A stretch of 9,850 bases of DNA, filler included. It is 3 parts of 3 records of this genome, joined end to end, with 100 filler letters (N's around TTAATTAATTAA, not from the genome) between each part and the next. Parts side by side here need not be neighbours in the genome. Positions count along the whole stretch, not along the records: positions 6,617 to 9,850 come from SRR7504441_193296; 2 more parts are not named here. One strand, given 5' to 3'. Shown here piece by piece: positions 6,618 through 9,850 of this stretch. A program made the position numbers and the translations under genes. Every line of letters begins with the position of its first letter. Positions within the stretch are counted from its first letter, which is position 1. Under the pieces are notes generated by a model that had not been told where the DNA came from, did not search any database, and saw only the letters and a program-made list of their open reading frames with translations.

Positions 6618-8878
6618 CCCCGGGTTTGCCGTGTCTGTGCTGCAGCATCTGAGTATTTGGGTGACAGGCTTCTCCTCCAGCGAGACGAGATCCGACAGGG
6701 CACATACTCCGTGTTTCCCGGGGATGCGTCCATGAAGCAACTCTTGTATGCGGTCCTTCCATTCTTCTTGGGTTTGCACATCGTTGTCGTATTGCTCGCG
6801 CTCTGTTATTATACTAGTACCAAGGACGATCCGGCTCTTCAAGCTATGGAAGTGCCCGAGTCGGAAGAACTCGGCAAGGCTAGTTCCGCCGGGTCGAGTG
6901 GCAAGGGGTCGAGCAACGCCTTAGCACACGAGGAGGCTCGGCAATCGTCCGGCACAGTCGTCATGGCGCAGGATAAACCTAGGCTGGAAGTCAGGATGCC
7001 GGCCCGGATTCGGCTATACCTGCTCCCTTCGATGCTGAACGGAACCAGCCATGACCAGCTTAAGCAGGGGTTGCTTTCATACCTACTCCATTCAGCATGC
7101 TGGTCCTGGTGGAAAATTCTCTTGGTCTTGCTGTTGGCTACGGCTTTCATTGTCCTGAACGCTTTCAGCAATGGGATTTACGACGATTACGGGGGACAAG
7201 GCAACCCAATGCTGCGATTAACAACTGCCCAAATACTCGTGGACACCATGTATGCTTATTGGTGGGTAGCGCTTGCGGTGACATCCGGTAGTATCTTTGG
7301 GATCTTTATGGTCCGCCTACATTGTGAGGCATACCATCGAGCCGCGCGCGTGGGCTCCGTGCTTCAATTGTTTGGGTTCTTGGATGCGAGTAACACGCTC
7401 GCTCTGTACAACTGGAGTTCCAATGTGAAGCGCGCAAACGGCCACAAGGGATGTTCATACATTGGTCGCAGCTTTGTTTACTACCTGGCCCACATCCCAA
7501 TTGGATGCCTGGTTTCTGTTCCAGCTTGTGCGTACGTTCTAGTGCACAACTTACCTGAAGACACAGCAGCAACCTATGAGATCTTCGGCAATTCGCTGTT
7601 TACATCGGGCGCCAACATGTTTCTTCTATCAGTGGTCGTGCCACCGCTCTCCAAGTGGCTGGCAATCTACAGGTATCGCATGCGTGGTGCTATCACAACA
7701 AGATCTCCGCTGGTATTGCCATACTTGCAGACCCAAGCCAACACCAACTTTATGCTGAAGGTCTTAGCCATAATTCTCGCTCCAATCGCGGCCACATTTG
7801 TCTTTGCTGACTCGTGCCTTCGCTATTACCTGCTTCTAAACCCGGATCTTAAGAGCCTGCTCCGTCAGTGGGAAGTTGGAGTCATGGGATTCGATGCTTA
7901 CCGTTCAGGATTCTGCTCTCGGGCGCTCTTGGTCAGTCCCCAATTCATTGCTTCTACTTACTAATAACTAGATGCCTGACTGGTTGGTGTGTTCAGACGG
8001 AATTTTCTTGGGTCTGGATTGACCTAATGTTGATCTACACCCTCTTCAAACCGAGCATCAAACTCATCCTGATGCTCCCTCCGATCCAGCATCTGTCCGA
8101 AAGGCTGCTGGCGATGTGGAATCGTGTTTGCTGCTGCCAGAGATCGCCAGAGGCCACGTTGACGGTACAGGCCACTCTTGTGGCGCAGCAGGAGCTCGTC
8201 ACCGTCATGATAAGTGTTATGGTCATGGCGGTCTTTGGACCATTGGTGCCGTGGTTGCTTGTGCTTGCACCACTCGGAGTGCTAGAGCTGCTTGCACTCT
8301 GCTGGCACAGGAGGACCAAGAATCAACTGTTTCGCAAAGAGATGGCAGTGAAATTTCTGACACAATTGCCTACAATCACGTTTCTCGGTTGGTTCCTCGT
8401 GATTGGGTGGGCGACGACAAGCCTTGTGCTTGTAGACCTAGATTTCCCGCTGGGTGCGGCCTTGGTGTATTGCGCGCTGTCGGTTGCTCAGGTGATACTG
8501 TTGTGTTGGTGCTATTGGGAATGGATAAGGCCTAGTACTCAGCAAGCCGCGGCCAGCTTCTTGGATTCTGTAGCTAGTGCAATGGAACCAGTCGACATTG
8601 AAGCGAGCTGTGATGTAGATGAATTGGACCCAACAAAGCTTGATAGCGTGTGTGACGAGAAGGTGTCAGTCACGCCGCTGCAAGGACTCGCAGTGGCGCA
8701 GACTGAACAAGCTAAATTAGAGCAAGAGCAATACGATCGGGTGCAAGAGCTCATTGTGAAACCTCATCAGCAAAAGCGGAAGCGGCGATGGTGTAATAGG
8801 CAGGGTAATGATACTTTGTGCTCGTTGGATTCAATCACGTCTGCATGCACCGGTATTGATTTAGCCGACTTTGTCTAA
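6618..8878 (+). CDS. Uncharacterised multi-pass membrane protein (about 10-11 hydrophobic segments); 5'-truncated; join(<6618..7931, 7997..8878), at least 731 aa
   Basis: The frame is open from the contig edge (PRVCRVCAAASEYLG...). ORFs 6657..7964 and 7868..8878 join across a GT-AG intron to give GFCSRALL|TEFSWVWIDL. Hydrophobic stretches include LLYAVLPFFLGLHIVVVLLALCYY, ILLVLLLATAFIVL, VLAIILAPIAATFVFA, VMISVMVMAVFGPLVPWLLVLAPLGV and AALVYCALSVAQVILLCWCYW, followed by a charged C-terminal tail. Confidence 0.85.
7932..7996 (+). other. Intron (65 nt, phase 0) in the membrane protein gene
   Basis: TTG|GTCAGT...CTGAC (7976-7980)...TTCAG|ACG. It is AT-richer than the exons, contains the TAA that ends the upstream ORF, and its removal fuses the two ORFs. 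Confidence 0.88.
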
Positions 8879-9215
8879 TGCTCACGATGAATTGACTAAA
8901 CGTAATACAATCATGAAGTCCTATACTGTACGTATTCGGTATTACATAAGCCAATATGTAGTTGTACTGTAGTTGGCCGTCCTCCCCACAGTGGTTCCAC
9001 GATAGGATGGGATTGGCAAGGGAAACAACGGTAGACCAAATGCGGCTGGGGCTGCTGAGCACTCGAGCTGTACGCCGGGGCCTCGGGGCTGCCGGCCTGA
9101 TCGTGGGCATCGGGTCCAGACGTGAACACGTGCACTACTTCTAGTTTACCGAGAGAAATCTTGCGTATTTAAAGTTAGTTTGACATCACAAGTCAGTCTG
9201 CCTAGAACACTATAC

Positions 9216-9257
9216 AATAGTCACTTAATAGTCACTGAACAGTACTAAACAGTACTT
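9216..9257. repeat. Four imperfect 10-11 bp tandem units just after the stop codon of the hydrolase gene
   Basis: AATAGTCACTT AATAGTCACTG AACAGTACTA AACAGTACTT. Confidence 0.8.
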
Positions 9258-9259
9258 GA

Positions 9260-9850
9260 TTAAGAGAATGGCTTAACGAATGGTGCAGCGCGAGACAGAG
9301 CGGCGGATGCGCCGTTCACCCGCCACACTTGATTTGGCCTAACCTCCAGTTTTAGCAGCACGCCGCCAGTTCGCAGCTCGATCATGTGGGAAATGGGATC
9401 AATTCCCCACACTTCTGTGACGTGGCCAGACAGGTCGGTCACCACACGCACACCAGCAGTGCAAGTGAACAGCGTCTTCTCTGTATCGCTATCCACCATG
9501 ACCGCCGTGAAGTGCTCTCCGCTCAGCTGCAGGGTGTATTTCCTGTCGCCGAGCCGCTGTGTGTAGTTAGAGTCGGCGCCTTCTTGCAGTCCGCTCCAGA
9601 GAAGCCCGAACTCTGGCGATGGCACGATCCCCACTCTGCGTGCCAAATGCTCCAAGAATGCCATGATCATTGGGCCATAATTGTCGCCGTGATGAAGTTG
9701 CCCGGTGAAAGGATCAATCGCATTCCCAAAGTGACAGCCGGCCGGAATCGAGGAATTATCTATGCAGCCGCGCAGGAGTGATTTAGTCAAAGCTCTTCCT
9801 GCCATTGTGAGCTCGGCCAAATGCGTGTACGATTCGAGAGCCCGGATGCT
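9260..9850 (-). CDS. C-terminal part of a putative MGH1/GH63-like (alpha/alpha)6 glycoside hydrolase of bacterial type; 5'-truncated at the window end
   Basis: Open from 9850: SIRALESYTHLAELTMAGRAL...FGNAIDPFTG...GDNYGPMIMAFLEHLARRVGI...LLWSGL...YTQRLG...FTCTAGVRVVTDLSG. This resembles the pattern IRALExYxHxAE...DPFTG...YGPxxLxxLE...RVVTD, which I recall from bacterial MGH1-like hydrolase proteins. Confidence 0.6.
   Translation of the reverse strand, partial: SIRALESYTHLAELTMAGRALTKSLLRGCIDNSSIPAGCHFGNAIDPFTGQLHHGDNYGPMIMAFLEHLARRVGIVPSPEFGLLWSGLQEGADSNYTQRLGDRKYTLQLSGEHFTAVMVDSDTEKTLFTCTAGVRVVTDLSGHVTEVWGIDPISHMIELRTGGVLLKLEVRPNQVWRVNGASAALSRAAPFVKPFS

Noticed and set aside
210-9850. Apparent glycan-processing cluster (glucosidase II, GH63-like enzyme, glycoprotein, membrane protein)
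   Set aside because: The genes lie on three separately assembled contigs, so adjacency across the spacers carries no information. The GH63-like protein also does not look like ER glucosidase I.

Overview
This window is not one locus. It is three short eukaryotic genomic contigs (1-3223, 3324-6516, 6617-9850) joined by two artificial 100-bp spacers (44 N + TTAATTAATTAA + 44 N). The source looks like a gene-dense, probably flagellated protist with very short GT-AG introns, mostly 39-44 nt. Contig 1 carries a complete ER glucosidase II alpha subunit gene (GH31, GANAB/ROT2 type, minus strand, 3 introns, about 890 aa). Contig 2 carries a 5'-truncated S/T/G-rich protein built of about 150-aa repeats that resemble bacterial filamentous-haemagglutinin/adhesin beta-solenoids. 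It is broken by a frameshift at about 4455-4465. A convergent, multi-intron CFAP97/Hemingway-like ciliary gene, which the ORF track recovers only in part, lies next to it. Contig 3 carries a 5'-truncated multi-pass membrane protein (about 10-11 TM, one 65-nt intron) and the 3' part of a bacterial-type MGH1/GH63-like glycoside hydrolase. No RNA genes, CRISPR arrays or clear mobile elements were seen. All family assignments come from motif recognition, not database searches.
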